Virus record (IMG/VR): IMGVR_UViG_3300020201_000056
Coordinates: 1 to 37,085 of that record
Direction: 5' to 3' (one strand)
Source: a virus
Lineage: Duplodnaviria; Caudoviricetes
DNA: 37,085 nt
The notes under the pieces are model-generated. The model searched no databases. It was not told the origin of the DNA and saw only the letters and a list, made by a program, of their open reading frames with translations. The position numbers were made by a program, and so were the translations under genes. Of this stretch, positions 8,425 through 16,432 are shown in pieces; the first letter of the stretch is position 1; each line of letters starts with the position of its first letter.

Positions 8425-10391
8425 AAAACGAAGTAATACAAGGAGATTGTTTAGAAGTAATGAAGGGTATGCCCGATAATAGTGTGGACTCAATCTGTTG
8501 CGACCCTCCTTATGGTTTATCTTTTATGGGCAAGAAATGGGATTACGATGTGCCAACAGTTGAACTATGGAAAGAAGTTATCAGGGTATTAAAGCCGGGT
8601 GGACACTTACTTTCTTTTGCAGGTAGTAGAACCTATCACAGAATGGCAGTAAACATTGAAGACGCAGGGTTTGAGATACGAGACCAGATTATGTGGTGTT
8701 ACGGTTCAGGATTTCCGAAATCTCACAATCTGGGAAAAAGCGTTAATGCACTTGAAACTAAAGAGTGGTCAAAGATAAGCAATGCACTTGACAATATAGA
8801 CCAAAAGACTATAATTGAGTTATGGAAAACGAATGCAAAACTTGCGGAAATAAAATTAGCAAAGAGTCTAACAGGAGTTGGAAGCAATACTCAAAAAAAG
8901 TATTTTGTTCCCGACATTGCTGTTCTGTATTTCAATCAAAAAAACAAATATGCAGATGCGATAACTGCGGAGTTGAGCTTATGCGTTCCAAGTCGCATAT
9001 CAGAGGAAAATCTATCTATTGCAGTAGAGAGTGTAGAACAAAACACAGAACTATCACAAAGCCTTGTGAAGTCTGTAATAAAATTATCACAAGACCGAAA
9101 TCTCAAGTCTTGGAACATTTTTACTGCGGAATGCAATGTCAAGGAATGGCTAAACGAAAACACAACGGTCAATCTCAAGGTAGACGAAGCACTGAAGACC
9201 TTGCGTGGAAATCAGAAATACTCAAACGAGGAAATTACAAATGTGCTATGTGTGCTACTGACCGACACCTTGAAGCTCACCATATTAAATCAATCAAAGA
9301 CTTTCCAGAGCTTAGACACAAACTCTCAAATGGAATGTGCGTCTGCCACCAATGTCATTATTACGGAATACACGGCGGAGCACCTAATTTCAAACACGGT
9401 AGATATTCTAAAAAGCAAGGCGGTGGACAAGTTGCAAGGGAATGAGAGGGAAGATGCAGGAAGTTATACTATAGGGGGAATGGCACCAGACAGAGAGAAC
9501 TTTGGTGCTAACGACAGGAGCGAGGGCAAAGGTATGGGATTCCGAGCGGGTGATATTAAAATCACCCAAGGCTCATCACCCTACGAAGGCTGGGGGACAG
9601 CCCTAAAACCTGCACACGAACCTATCGTAGTAGCCCGCAAGCCACTATCTGAAAGCACTATTGCAGAGAATGTATTGAAGTGGGGAACGGGTGGGATAAA
9701 TATAGATGGTTCAAGGGTGGGGACAGAAGATAATAGAGCAAGAAAGAATCACATAGAGCCTGGGTTTGGTGGCGGTTGGGGGGCAAAAGATACCGAGAAT
9801 AATCCACTAGGCAGATTCCCCGCAAACTTCATTCACGACGGAAGTGATGAGGTGGTAGGGTTGTTTCCTGAGAGTAAAAGTCAAGGAAATAGAGTCAATG
9901 TCCAATACAAAAATCCTAACAACCCTGTAGTAAACTTTGGAGGAGGAATTAAAAACGACTTTAACGACTCAGGAAGTGCCTCACGCTTCTTTAAGACCTG
10001 CTCTTACGAAGAAGGAGAAGGTGCAATCTTCGCATATTTCCCAAAGGCTTCAAAGAAAGACAGGAATGAGGGGTTGGAGGGGTTTGAGGAGAAAGACGCA
10101 CCAGCAAGTGCTAGAAGTAAACCAGCAGAAGGTAGAGAAAATGCTTTGGGTAATCCAAGAGCTAACCACCACCCAACAGTCAAACCCACCTCCCTCATGC
10201 AATACCTTGTAAGACTTGTTACACCAAAAGGCGGGACGGTCCTTGACCCATTTTGTGGAAGTGGATCTACAGGCAAAGCGTGTGTTTATGAAGGCTTTGA
10301 TTTTATAGGAATAGAAAAAGAAAAAGAATACTGCAAGATAGCAGAGTCACGGATTAACTATGCCCTCGCCTCTCTAAATAAAATAAAATGA
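8421..10391 (+). CDS. DNA N6-adenine/N4-cytosine methyltransferase (beta class) with about 227-aa insertion
   Basis: GDCLEVM, DPPY near the N-terminus; HPTVKP and LDPFCGSGSTG near the C-terminus; insertion between SHNLG and KAVDKLQGNERE. Confidence 0.92.
   Translation: MKNEVIQGDCLEVMKGMPDNSVDSICCDPPYGLSFMGKKWDYDVPTVELWKEVIRVLKPGGHLLSFAGSRTYHRMAVNIEDAGFEIRDQIMWCYGSGFPKSHNLGKSVNALETKEWSKISNALDNIDQKTIIELWKTNAKLAEIKLAKSLTGVGSNTQKKYFVPDIAVLYFNQKNKYADAITAELSLCVPSRISEENLSIAVESVEQNTELSQSLVKSVIKLSQDRNLKSWNIFTAECNVKEWLNENTTVNLKVDEALKTLRGNQKYSNEEITNVLCVLLTDTLKLTILNQSKTFQSLDTNSQMECASATNVIITEYTAEHLISNTVDILKSKAVDKLQGNEREDAGSYTIGGMAPDRENFGANDRSEGKGMGFRAGDIKITQGSSPYEGWGTALKPAHEPIVVARKPLSESTIAENVLKWGTGGINIDGSRVGTEDNRARKNHIEPGFGGGWGAKDTENNPLGRFPANFIHDGSDEVVGLFPESKSQGNRVNVQYKNPNNPVVNFGGGIKNDFNDSGSASRFFKTCSYEEGEGAIFAYFPKASKKDRNEGLEGFEEKDAPASARSKPAEGRENALGNPRANHHPTVKPTSLMQYLVRLVTPKGGTVLDPFCGSGSTGKACVYEGFDFIGIEKEKEYCKIAESRINYALASLNKIK
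8788..8815 (+). promoter_or_regulatory. Consensus sigma70 promoter for the nested HNH gene
   Basis: TTGACA 8788-8793, 16 nt, TATAAT 8810-8815; HNH ATG 7 nt after the -10. Confidence 0.8.
8822..9445 (+). CDS. HNH endonuclease with three N-terminal Cys4 zinc-finger repeats, nested in another frame inside the methyltransferase
   Basis: CxxC...[FY]C[SG]xxC three times; CAMC...LEAHHIK...SNGMCVCHQCH HNH core. Confidence 0.9.
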   Translation: MENECKTCGNKISKESNRSWKQYSKKVFCSRHCCSVFQSKKQICRCDNCGVELMRSKSHIRGKSIYCSRECRTKHRTITKPCEVCNKIITRPKSQVLEHFYCGMQCQGMAKRKHNGQSQGRRSTEDLAWKSEILKRGNYKCAMCATDRHLEAHHIKSIKDFPELRHKLSNGMCVCHQCHYYGIHGGAPNFKHGRYSKKQGGGQVARE

Positions 10392-10528
10392 CCCGACAAG
10401 AAATAGACAACGATATAGAAAAACGCAAAGAGCTTTTTATGAAAGACGCAGATACTACACCCTTGACCATTGAGGATAAAGAAAGGGTAAGGGCTTTGTT
10501 GATTAAGTATAAGCCGCCTTACTTGTAA
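10388..10528 (+). CDS. Small hypothetical protein (46 aa)
   Basis: ATGA overlap with the methyltransferase stop. Confidence 0.55.
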   Translation: MTRQEIDNDIEKRKELFMKDADTTPLTIEDKERVRALLIKYKPPYL

Positions 10529-10531
10529 GGG

Positions 10532-10574
10532 TGTGGATAACTTCCTTGAAACTTGAACCACGATAATATATTAT
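10532..10574 (+). promoter_or_regulatory. DnaA box plus sigma70 promoter for an early cassette operon
   Basis: TGTGGATAA 10532-10540; TTGAAA 10546-10551, 17 nt, TATTAT 10569-10574. Confidence 0.65.
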
Positions 10575-10660
10575 AAAGGAAGTAAACACTGTGAAAAGCG
10601 AAGACTCACAGCAAAGTAATCGCCTCTCCGGTGTTTCATTAATAAATAATAAATAAATAT

Positions 10661-11008
10661 ATGACAAGAGAAATAAAGTTTAGAGCGTGGGATAAAAAAG
10701 AAAATAAGTTTGAGGGCCACTTTCAGATAGCTCCAAACGGAGTGCTTGCGATGTTTGACCCAATGACCGCAAGTTGGGGAAAAGCAGAAGAAGATAGATT
10801 TATCGTAATGCAATACACAGGACTCAAGGATAAAAATGGCAAAGAGATTTATGAGGGGGATATTATTGACGATGAGGGTGCTCGACAGAAGTATGAAGTT
10901 ATATTTCATAACGGGTGTTTCTGTATTAGCCGTGGTCCCGGTTATCACATCTTCAATGAAAAGAAAGTAGAAATCATCGGCAACATCTACGAGCACCCTA
11001 ATTATTAA
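10661..11008 (+). CDS. YopX family protein
   Basis: REIKFRAWD, MQYTGLKDKNGKEIYEGDI, EIIGNIYE. Confidence 0.92.
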   Translation: MTREIKFRAWDKKENKFEGHFQIAPNGVLAMFDPMTASWGKAEEDRFIVMQYTGLKDKNGKEIYEGDIIDDEGARQKYEVIFHNGCFCISRGPGYHIFNEKKVEIIGNIYEHPNY

Positions 11009-11012
11009 ATAT

Positions 11013-11168
11013 ATGACCGACCACATCACCAAAAAAAGAAGAATGAGCAAGCCAGAGAAAGACCCTACCGACTTCCTAACCCTACTCACAGCCCTCGCCA
11101 TCGGTGTCGCCATCGCAACAATTATTCATAGTTTCTTCTTCCTCCACCTGATCAACCTTTGTAAATAA
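11013..11168 (+). CDS. Small membrane protein (51 aa)
   Basis: AAATATATG start context; one TM helix. Confidence 0.6.
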   Translation: MTDHITKKRRMSKPEKDPTDFLTLLTALAIGVAIATIIHSFFFLHLINLCK

Positions 11169-11172
11169 ATAT

Positions 11173-11472
11173 ATGACCAACACAGAAAAAGTATTAGAGG
11201 AGTTTGAGAAGTTAAGAATTATTAGTGTTACAGTTTCAGATGTCGATGATGACACTTATATTCACGATGAAGGACCTGAATACATCAAAGCCTTCATCTC
11301 CACCTCAATCGCACAAGCAGTAGCAGAAGAGAGGGAGAGGGTGGTGGATAAAATTAGAAAAGCACCAATGTGGAAACTTGTACCAAATACTCCGAGAATG
11401 ATTATGTGTAGCGACAAGGAGTTTGACAACTTCCTCTCCTCCCTAGACAAACCATTGACAGATAAAGAATAA
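11173..11472 (+). CDS. Hypothetical protein, box-modular family member 1
   Basis: MTNTEK...KAFISTSIAQAVAEERERVV...SSLDK blocks shared with 12892, 14949 and 16433. Confidence 0.8.
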   Translation: MTNTEKVLEEFEKLRIISVTVSDVDDDTYIHDEGPEYIKAFISTSIAQAVAEERERVVDKIRKAPMWKLVPNTPRMIMCSDKEFDNFLSSLDKPLTDKE

Positions 11473-11476
11473 ATAT

Positions 11477-11785
11477 ATGAAAACAAAACAAGAACAAAAA
11501 GACGAGGCCTGCGAAGAATACGAAGCAACACAAGCACCAGCACTCAAAAAATACGAAGTAACCACAAAATTAGCACTCAAAAGATACGAAGCAATCATAG
11601 CCCCAGCACTTAAAGCATACGAAGAAATAATAGAGCCAGCGATCAAGGTATATCAAGCAACCATAGAGCCAGCATACAAAGAATACCAAGCAATCACGGA
11701 ACCTGCGCACAAAGAATACATTGAGGCTCAAGCACCAGCACTTAAAGTATACAGAGCTAAATTATTAGAAATAAATAACAGATAA
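11477..11785 (+). CDS. 11-residue repeat helical protein
   Basis: About 7 repeats of xY[EQ]xxxxPAxK. Confidence 0.8.
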   Translation: MKTKQEQKDEACEEYEATQAPALKKYEVTTKLALKRYEAIIAPALKAYEEIIEPAIKVYQATIEPAYKEYQAITEPAHKEYIEAQAPALKVYRAKLLEINNR

Positions 11786-11789
11786 ATCT

Positions 11790-11915
11790 ATGAGTATAGT
11801 ATATTGCCACAAGTGCGACACCTACATAGACACTGACTTTAACGCAGAACACTTTGACGAAGAAGTGAGAGGTTGTGGAACCTCTTATCAGGAAGAGCTT
11901 AATAATAAAGAATAA
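11790..11915 (+). CDS. Small CxxC protein (41 aa)
   Basis: MSIVYCHKCD...; fills the gap in the operon. Confidence 0.55.
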   Translation: MSIVYCHKCDTYIDTDFNAEHFDEEVRGCGTSYQEELNNKE

Positions 11916-11921
11916 CGATAT

Positions 11922-12887
11922 ATGAAATTATACTTAATATCACAAGAAGTAAACAACAGATATGACAGATACGATGCATTCGTAGTATGTGCAGAGAATG
12001 AGGAAAAAGCAAAACTTATAAAAACACTATCCGCAGAAGGAGAAGATCATGGTGATTGGGTTAAAGATGTAAAATATATAAAAGTAAAATATCTGGGTGA
12101 AGCAGATGAAAGTATAAAAAAAGGGGAGATATTGGGAAGTTTCAATGTGAAATTATACTTAATATCACAAGAAAAAATAGAAGAAATGGTGCGAGATTTC
12201 TGCTCCGTAGTCCCAAAGTCAAAATGCAATCATTGTAAAGAAGAACATAAATTAAAAAACACAGGTTGCTCCAACTCTGGCCACTCCAACTCTGGCTACT
12301 ACAACTCTGGCCACTATAACTCTGGCTACTACAACTCTGGCCACTATAACTCTGGCGACTACAACTCTGGCTACTACAACTCTGGCCACTATAACTCTGG
12401 CGACTATAACTCTGGCGACCGCAACTCTGGCTACTACAACTCTGGCGACTACAACTCTGGCGACTACAACTCTGGCTACTACAACTCTGGCTACTACAAC
12501 TCTGGCTGGTTTAATACTGATGAGCCAACGATGCGTTTCTTTAATAAGGAAAGCAGTATCAAGTATTCAGATTTTAACGTTCAAGTGTACCCAGACTTAA
12601 AAATTTGTGCTTGGGTAGAACTAAACGCCTTACCAATAAACGAGCAAACAGAAAGTGCTAAGCAGATGGGTGGACTTCTTAAAACTTTAACCTATAAAGA
12701 ATCTTGGGCTGAATACTGGAATCGCGCAAGTGATAGTGATAAGAAATGGTTTCAAGAATTGCCGAACTTTGACGAAAAGACTTGGGAAGAAATAACGGGT
12801 ATTAAACTAAACGCACCGCTTTCTCTTTCAGGTAAAGAAGTATCAGTAAATGTAGATGGTAAAGATTACAAAGCTATTATCACCTAG
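11922..12887 (+). CDS. Chimeric protein with NSGxx pentapeptide repeats
   Basis: 16 NSG[HYDW]x repeats; also contains copies of its own start and of the next gene's start. Confidence 0.8.
   Translation: MKLYLISQEVNNRYDRYDAFVVCAENEEKAKLIKTLSAEGEDHGDWVKDVKYIKVKYLGEADESIKKGEILGSFNVKLYLISQEKIEEMVRDFCSVVPKSKCNHCKEEHKLKNTGCSNSGHSNSGYYNSGHYNSGYYNSGHYNSGDYNSGYYNSGHYNSGDYNSGDRNSGYYNSGDYNSGDYNSGYYNSGYYNSGWFNTDEPTMRFFNKESSIKYSDFNVQVYPDLKICAWVELNALPINEQTESAKQMGGLLKTLTYKESWAEYWNRASDSDKKWFQELPNFDEKTWEEITGIKLNAPLSLSGKEVSVNVDGKDYKAIIT
12273..12512 (+). repeat. Coding tandem repeat, 16 x 15 nt (AACTCTGGC + 6 nt)
   Basis: Directly visible; variation limited to codons 4-5 of each unit. Confidence 0.95.
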
Positions 12888-12891
12888 CCAC

Positions 12892-13128
12892 ATGACCTCC
12901 ACAGAAAAAATAGAAGAAATGGTGCGAGATTTCTGCTCCGTAGTCCCAAAGTCAAAATCAGAAGTTAGACAGAGAATCCACCAAGCCATAGCAGAAGAAA
13001 GGGAGAGGGTGTTAGTAGATTATACAGAATTTCTTCTTAAGTATGGTTATGTGGACTCTGATGTTTACGCCGAAGAACCAGAGGCAGTTGAAAGATACCT
13101 CTCTTCCCTAGACAAAACAAATAAATAA
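12892..13128 (+). CDS. Hypothetical protein, box-modular family member 2
   Basis: MTSTEK...QAIAEERERV...SSLDK; ATG 12892 chosen by family alignment. Confidence 0.75.
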   Translation: MTSTEKIEEMVRDFCSVVPKSKSEVRQRIHQAIAEERERVLVDYTEFLLKYGYVDSDVYAEEPEAVERYLSSLDKTNK

Positions 13129-13134
13129 AGAAAT

Positions 13135-13272
13135 ATGCGAAAATCTTACGAACTAAAAATAACAGATGATAAGTATTACGAAAAAATGCGATATGTTGGA
13201 GAAACTACAGAAGATGCCAAAATAAGGGTCGAGGCTAAAAGACTCAAAAAAAAGATATCGTCTAATGTATAG
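13135..13272 (+). CDS. Small basic hypothetical protein (45 aa)
   Basis: AAATATG start context; ends before the next promoter. Confidence 0.5.
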   Translation: MRKSYELKITDDKYYEKMRYVGETTEDAKIRVEAKRLKKKISSNV

Positions 13273-13287
13273 GTGTTTATATCAAAG

Positions 13288-13333
13288 TTATCCACAAGTG
13301 GCGATTGATACGTCAATCAAGATAGTATATAAT
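13288..13333 (+). promoter_or_regulatory. DnaA box plus strong sigma70 promoter with a palindrome over the -35
   Basis: TTATCCACA 13288-13296; TTGATA 13305-13310, 17 nt, TATAAT 13328-13333; GATTGA-TACG-TCAATC. Confidence 0.8.
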
Positions 13334-13361
13334 ACATGTATTAGTAAGTAATAAAAAACAT

Positions 13362-13484
13362 ATGGTTTATGAAGCACAAGAATTACTCGCTTTGGTAGAT
13401 AACCTTACACTTGTTGGACAAGATTCTGAAGGAGACCTCGAATGGGTAGGCACAGATGAAGATTGGGCTAAAACAAAAATATAA
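13362..13484 (+). CDS. Small acidic hypothetical protein (40 aa)
   Basis: First ORF after the promoter; TAATG coupling to the next ORF. Confidence 0.55.
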   Translation: MVYEAQELLALVDNLTLVGQDSEGDLEWVGTDEDWAKTKI

Positions 13485-13639
13485 TGTATACACCACAACA
13501 ACTAGAGCACATAAACGAAGTGTTAAAAAACCATATTGAAGACCCCAGCGTCTTATACGAAATAATGTTTGCTTTATCAGACACCCCAGAGGAAAAACCA
13601 ACAGAGCCGTTAGACTTTTCTTCAGGAGTAACAGAATAA
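13484..13639 (+). CDS. Small hypothetical protein (51 aa)
   Basis: Translationally coupled; fills the gap. Confidence 0.55.
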   Translation: MYTPQQLEHINEVLKNHIEDPSVLYEIMFALSDTPEEKPTEPLDFSSGVTE

Positions 13640-13643
13640 ATAT

Positions 13644-13838
13644 ATGAACATTTTACAAGAAATAATAACTCAATACGACTCGCCTTTGGTAAACAACTCA
13701 AAAGAGATTATCCGTAACAAGTTTAGACGCTGGGAAAAAATGGGTGTAAAGGGTGCTATGTTCGCCCAAAACGAACTAGGGGTAGACGCAGATGTATCAG
13801 ACATAGACTTTGACGGGCAATCACAACGTGGAGAATAA
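13644..13838 (+). CDS. Hypothetical protein (64 aa)
   Basis: AAATATATG start context. Confidence 0.65.
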   Translation: MNILQEIITQYDSPLVNNSKEIIRNKFRRWEKMGVKGAMFAQNELGVDADVSDIDFDGQSQRGE

Positions 13839-13850
13839 TAATAAAAAAAT

Positions 13851-14345
13851 ATGAACAAAAACTTTGAAATAATTTGGTCAGAAAAAAAGAAAACAACAAC
13901 AGGTAAAGATGTTATCAGTGCAACGCTAAAAGACGAGTCGGGTGCAGAGTTTGAAAAGGTATCAATTTGGGGCGACTTCCCTAACTGGGCTTCAATTATG
14001 TCAGGGCATAAGGTAACAGGCGTAATTTACACTAATGACAAGGGGTATAAGACATTGTACCCTCCAAAGCAGGAAAATGCGTCTACGGGGCAAATGGGTG
14101 GCAATAAAAGCGGTTTCGGGGCTGGTATGATGAAGGCAAAACAAGAGGGTATACAGAAAAGCCAAGAAAACAAGGAATTGGGTATTCGGACAAGCTCGAC
14201 AATTCGTATGGCAGTAGACCTTGCTATCGCTGAAAACACGCCAACAGAAGCAAGAATAAAATACTGGAGAAGCTGGCTTGTAGGTAATTGGGATATTCAA
14301 GAGCCGACAAGTCCTATTGATATTGATAATCCACCAAATATATAA
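13851..14345 (+). CDS. Putative ssDNA-binding/recombination protein
   Basis: Beta-rich OB-like N-terminus, Gly linker, acidic Pro-containing tail; next to a NinB-like gene. Confidence 0.45.
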   Translation: MNKNFEIIWSEKKKTTTGKDVISATLKDESGAEFEKVSIWGDFPNWASIMSGHKVTGVIYTNDKGYKTLYPPKQENASTGQMGGNKSGFGAGMMKAKQEGIQKSQENKELGIRTSSTIRMAVDLAIAENTPTEARIKYWRSWLVGNWDIQEPTSPIDIDNPPNI

Positions 14346-14347
14346 AA

Positions 14348-14752
14348 ATGAAACTTTGGCTTATAGAACAAAAGAATAATCAGCCACACCTCACTGACTA
14401 CCAGACTGCGAGCTTCCACGATTACTGCGTAGATAATCCAAAAGCAAGGTTTCACCTCACGCCACTAGAAAACAAACGGACACTTACTCAAAATGCTTTC
14501 TACTGGGTTTATCTAACTGTAATAGCAAGAGAAACTGGAAACGATGCAGACGATTTGCACGCTTACTTCAGAGCAAACTTACTTCCTAGAAAGATTGTAA
14601 AGATTAAAGGTCGCAAGGGAGTATATGACTTTGAGAAGTCACAAAGTACAACAGAATTATCAAAGGCGGAGTTTGGGGAATATATGGAAAAGATTTGTGT
14701 GGCGACAGAAGTGCCGATACCAAACCCAGAAGACGCAGGATATTACAAATAA
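14348..14752 (+). CDS. NinB/Orf-like recombination protein
   Basis: RTLTQNAFYW...STTELSKAEFGEYMEKI pattern. Confidence 0.7.
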   Translation: MKLWLIEQKNNQPHLTDYQTASFHDYCVDNPKARFHLTPLENKRTLTQNAFYWVYLTVIARETGNDADDLHAYFRANLLPRKIVKIKGRKGVYDFEKSQSTTELSKAEFGEYMEKICVATEVPIPNPEDAGYYK

Positions 14753-14762
14753 TAACAAATAT

Positions 14763-14942
14763 ATGTTGAAAACGTACGAGGACGATGGCAAGTTTTATAC
14801 TTACAACACGGAACACATAAAGGACAGGTGTGTAGATTGCAAGAAACAGATTGTGGGTGACTTAGAGCAGAATTATTTAGAAAGAGGGAATTACTGCAAG
14901 GCTTGTAATGCAAAGTTTGGATACAAGAAAAAAATAAAATAA
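14763..14942 (+). CDS. Small zinc-finger protein (59 aa)
   Basis: CVDC...CKAC; AAATATATG start. Confidence 0.65.
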   Translation: MLKTYEDDGKFYTYNTEHIKDRCVDCKKQIVGDLEQNYLERGNYCKACNAKFGYKKKIK

Positions 14943-14948
14943 AAATAT

Positions 14949-15440
14949 ATGAACAACACAAAAAAAATCTTAGAGGAGTTTGATGAGAAGTTTCCTAACC
15001 TTGGAGCAACTGACCCTAAGGAAGGTTGGTATGATGCCAAACCCGAAGTAAAAGCCTTCCTCTCCACATCAATCACACAAGCCATAGCCGAGGAGAGGAA
15101 GAGGATGGTGGTAACTGAGAATACATCAGATGGCTACCATACATTCAAGGAATTATACGAGTTCCCAAAGATATATAACGCTGTACTGTTCAACGAGTGG
15201 ACGAGTGGTGGAAAGTACCAAATTCATAAAAGTAAAAAACACAGTGATGGTGAAGAATGTTTTGGAGGTGGGTGGTTTATTGTTGTGGCGACACTGCCGA
15301 CTGGACAAATAAGTAACCATTACGAGTTAAAGGATTGGGATTTATTTGAGTGTGAAGAGCGAGAATTGGCAGACAAATGGGATGGGCACACTTCGCAAGA
15401 TGTTCTCATTAGGCTCGCCTCCCTAGACATAACTAAATAA
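14949..15440 (+). CDS. Box-modular family member 3 carrying an SDGYHTFxELY...WDGH domain
   Basis: Family blocks flank a domain of about 100 aa that I recognise from other phages. Confidence 0.8.
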   Translation: MNNTKKILEEFDEKFPNLGATDPKEGWYDAKPEVKAFLSTSITQAIAEERKRMVVTENTSDGYHTFKELYEFPKIYNAVLFNEWTSGGKYQIHKSKKHSDGEECFGGGWFIVVATLPTGQISNHYELKDWDLFECEERELADKWDGHTSQDVLIRLASLDITK

Positions 15441-15445
15441 TATAT

Positions 15446-15826
15446 ATGAAAGCGATTAAAATAGACATTGGTAAAAAGTGGTTGGATGTATCTCCTGGAG
15501 TTTACAGAGAAGCTATCCGAGAACAAGTTATGGCCACTTTTCAAGAGACAGAAAAAACTCCCGATGTCGTAACTATGAAAGAAGCTATTTATTTTCCAAT
15601 TAAGGTCTATGAACCAGGAAGTTCTGAGTTTACTACATATCTTGTCAAACAAGATGACGAAAAGATATTTAGAGACTTAATGACTATCCAACAAGACACT
15701 CTTGATAAGGCTGTGCGATTTAAGGTAGATGAACTATGGGAAATGAATTACATGGAAATAAATGCTAAGGCGTGTAATAGAATAAGAAAACTTCCTTGGT
15801 ATAAAAGATTGCTAAAACTGTTTTAG
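15446..15826 (+). CDS. Hypothetical protein
   Basis: 126 aa; C-terminal PWYKRLL. Confidence 0.75.
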   Translation: MKAIKIDIGKKWLDVSPGVYREAIREQVMATFQETEKTPDVVTMKEAIYFPIKVYEPGSSEFTTYLVKQDDEKIFRDLMTIQQDTLDKAVRFKVDELWEMNYMEINAKACNRIRKLPWYKRLLKLF

Positions 15827-15862
15827 TTTTCCTTCAAATTATTACTAGATAAAGAAATAAAT

Positions 15863-16216
15863 ATGAACCAAAGAGAAATAATGAAATTCAGAGCTTGGGA
15901 TGGTTTATCTAAAAAGATGTCATTCTGGACAATGAATGATTTGTGTAACCATACAAATGATTCATCAGAAAAACCAAGTTGTTTAGAGGAATGGATGCTA
16001 TACACAGGTCTTAAAGACAAAAATGGTAAAGAGATTTATGAGGGGGATGTCATTAAATCCAGTTATCTCGGTGGAACAATTGAAAAGATCGTATGGGAAG
16101 ATGGAGGATTTAAAGTCCAAAGAAAAGGTTATTGGGAAAGACTCCATTCTCTTTTAGTTGAAAATTCTGAAATCATTGGAAATGTTTTTGAGAACCCTCG
16201 CATCCCTAGACACTAA
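15863..16216 (+). CDS. YopX family protein (second paralog)
   Basis: KFRAWD, YTGLKDKNGKEIYEGDVI, EIIGNVFENP. Confidence 0.92.
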   Translation: MNQREIMKFRAWDGLSKKMSFWTMNDLCNHTNDSSEKPSCLEEWMLYTGLKDKNGKEIYEGDVIKSSYLGGTIEKIVWEDGGFKVQRKGYWERLHSLLVENSEIIGNVFENPRIPRH

Positions 16217-16228
16217 CCTTAAATAAAT

Positions 16229-16426
16229 ATGAAACTAAAACAAATACACGACTTTCTAAAATCTATCGTAACCTCGCTTATAGTCAGACGAGACGGAATG
16301 ATAAAAGACAAACTACCAAAATTATCTATTGAATATGCAGAAGGTCAGTTGTATGAGGCGCAGTATATCCTAGATATTTTTGAGAAGGTGCTTTATGAGA
16401 ATGAGAAGCTAGTGACAGATAAATAA
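16229..16426 (+). CDS. Hypothetical protein (65 aa)
   Basis: AAATAAATATG start context. Confidence 0.65.
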   Translation: MKLKQIHDFLKSIVTSLIVRRDGMIKDKLPKLSIEYAEGQLYEAQYILDIFEKVLYENEKLVTDK

Positions 16427-16432
16427 AAATAT

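Noticed and set aside
8736-9416. Intein or group I intron in the methyltransferase
   Set aside because: No intein terminal residues or splicing blocks are visible, and the insert is almost fully occupied by a promoter and the HNH ORF, leaving no room for a ribozyme core.
9937-10212. Second alternative-frame ORF inside the methyltransferase
   Set aside because: Short, TTG start, no motif or promoter, unlike the HNH overlap.
10571-11113. 180-aa minus-strand ORF
   Set aside because: Antisense to a clear YopX gene and a small membrane-protein gene.
12273-12512. CRISPR-like or DGR-like repeat array
   Set aside because: Units are contiguous 15-nt in-frame coding repeats with no spacers; no cas or reverse transcriptase gene is present.
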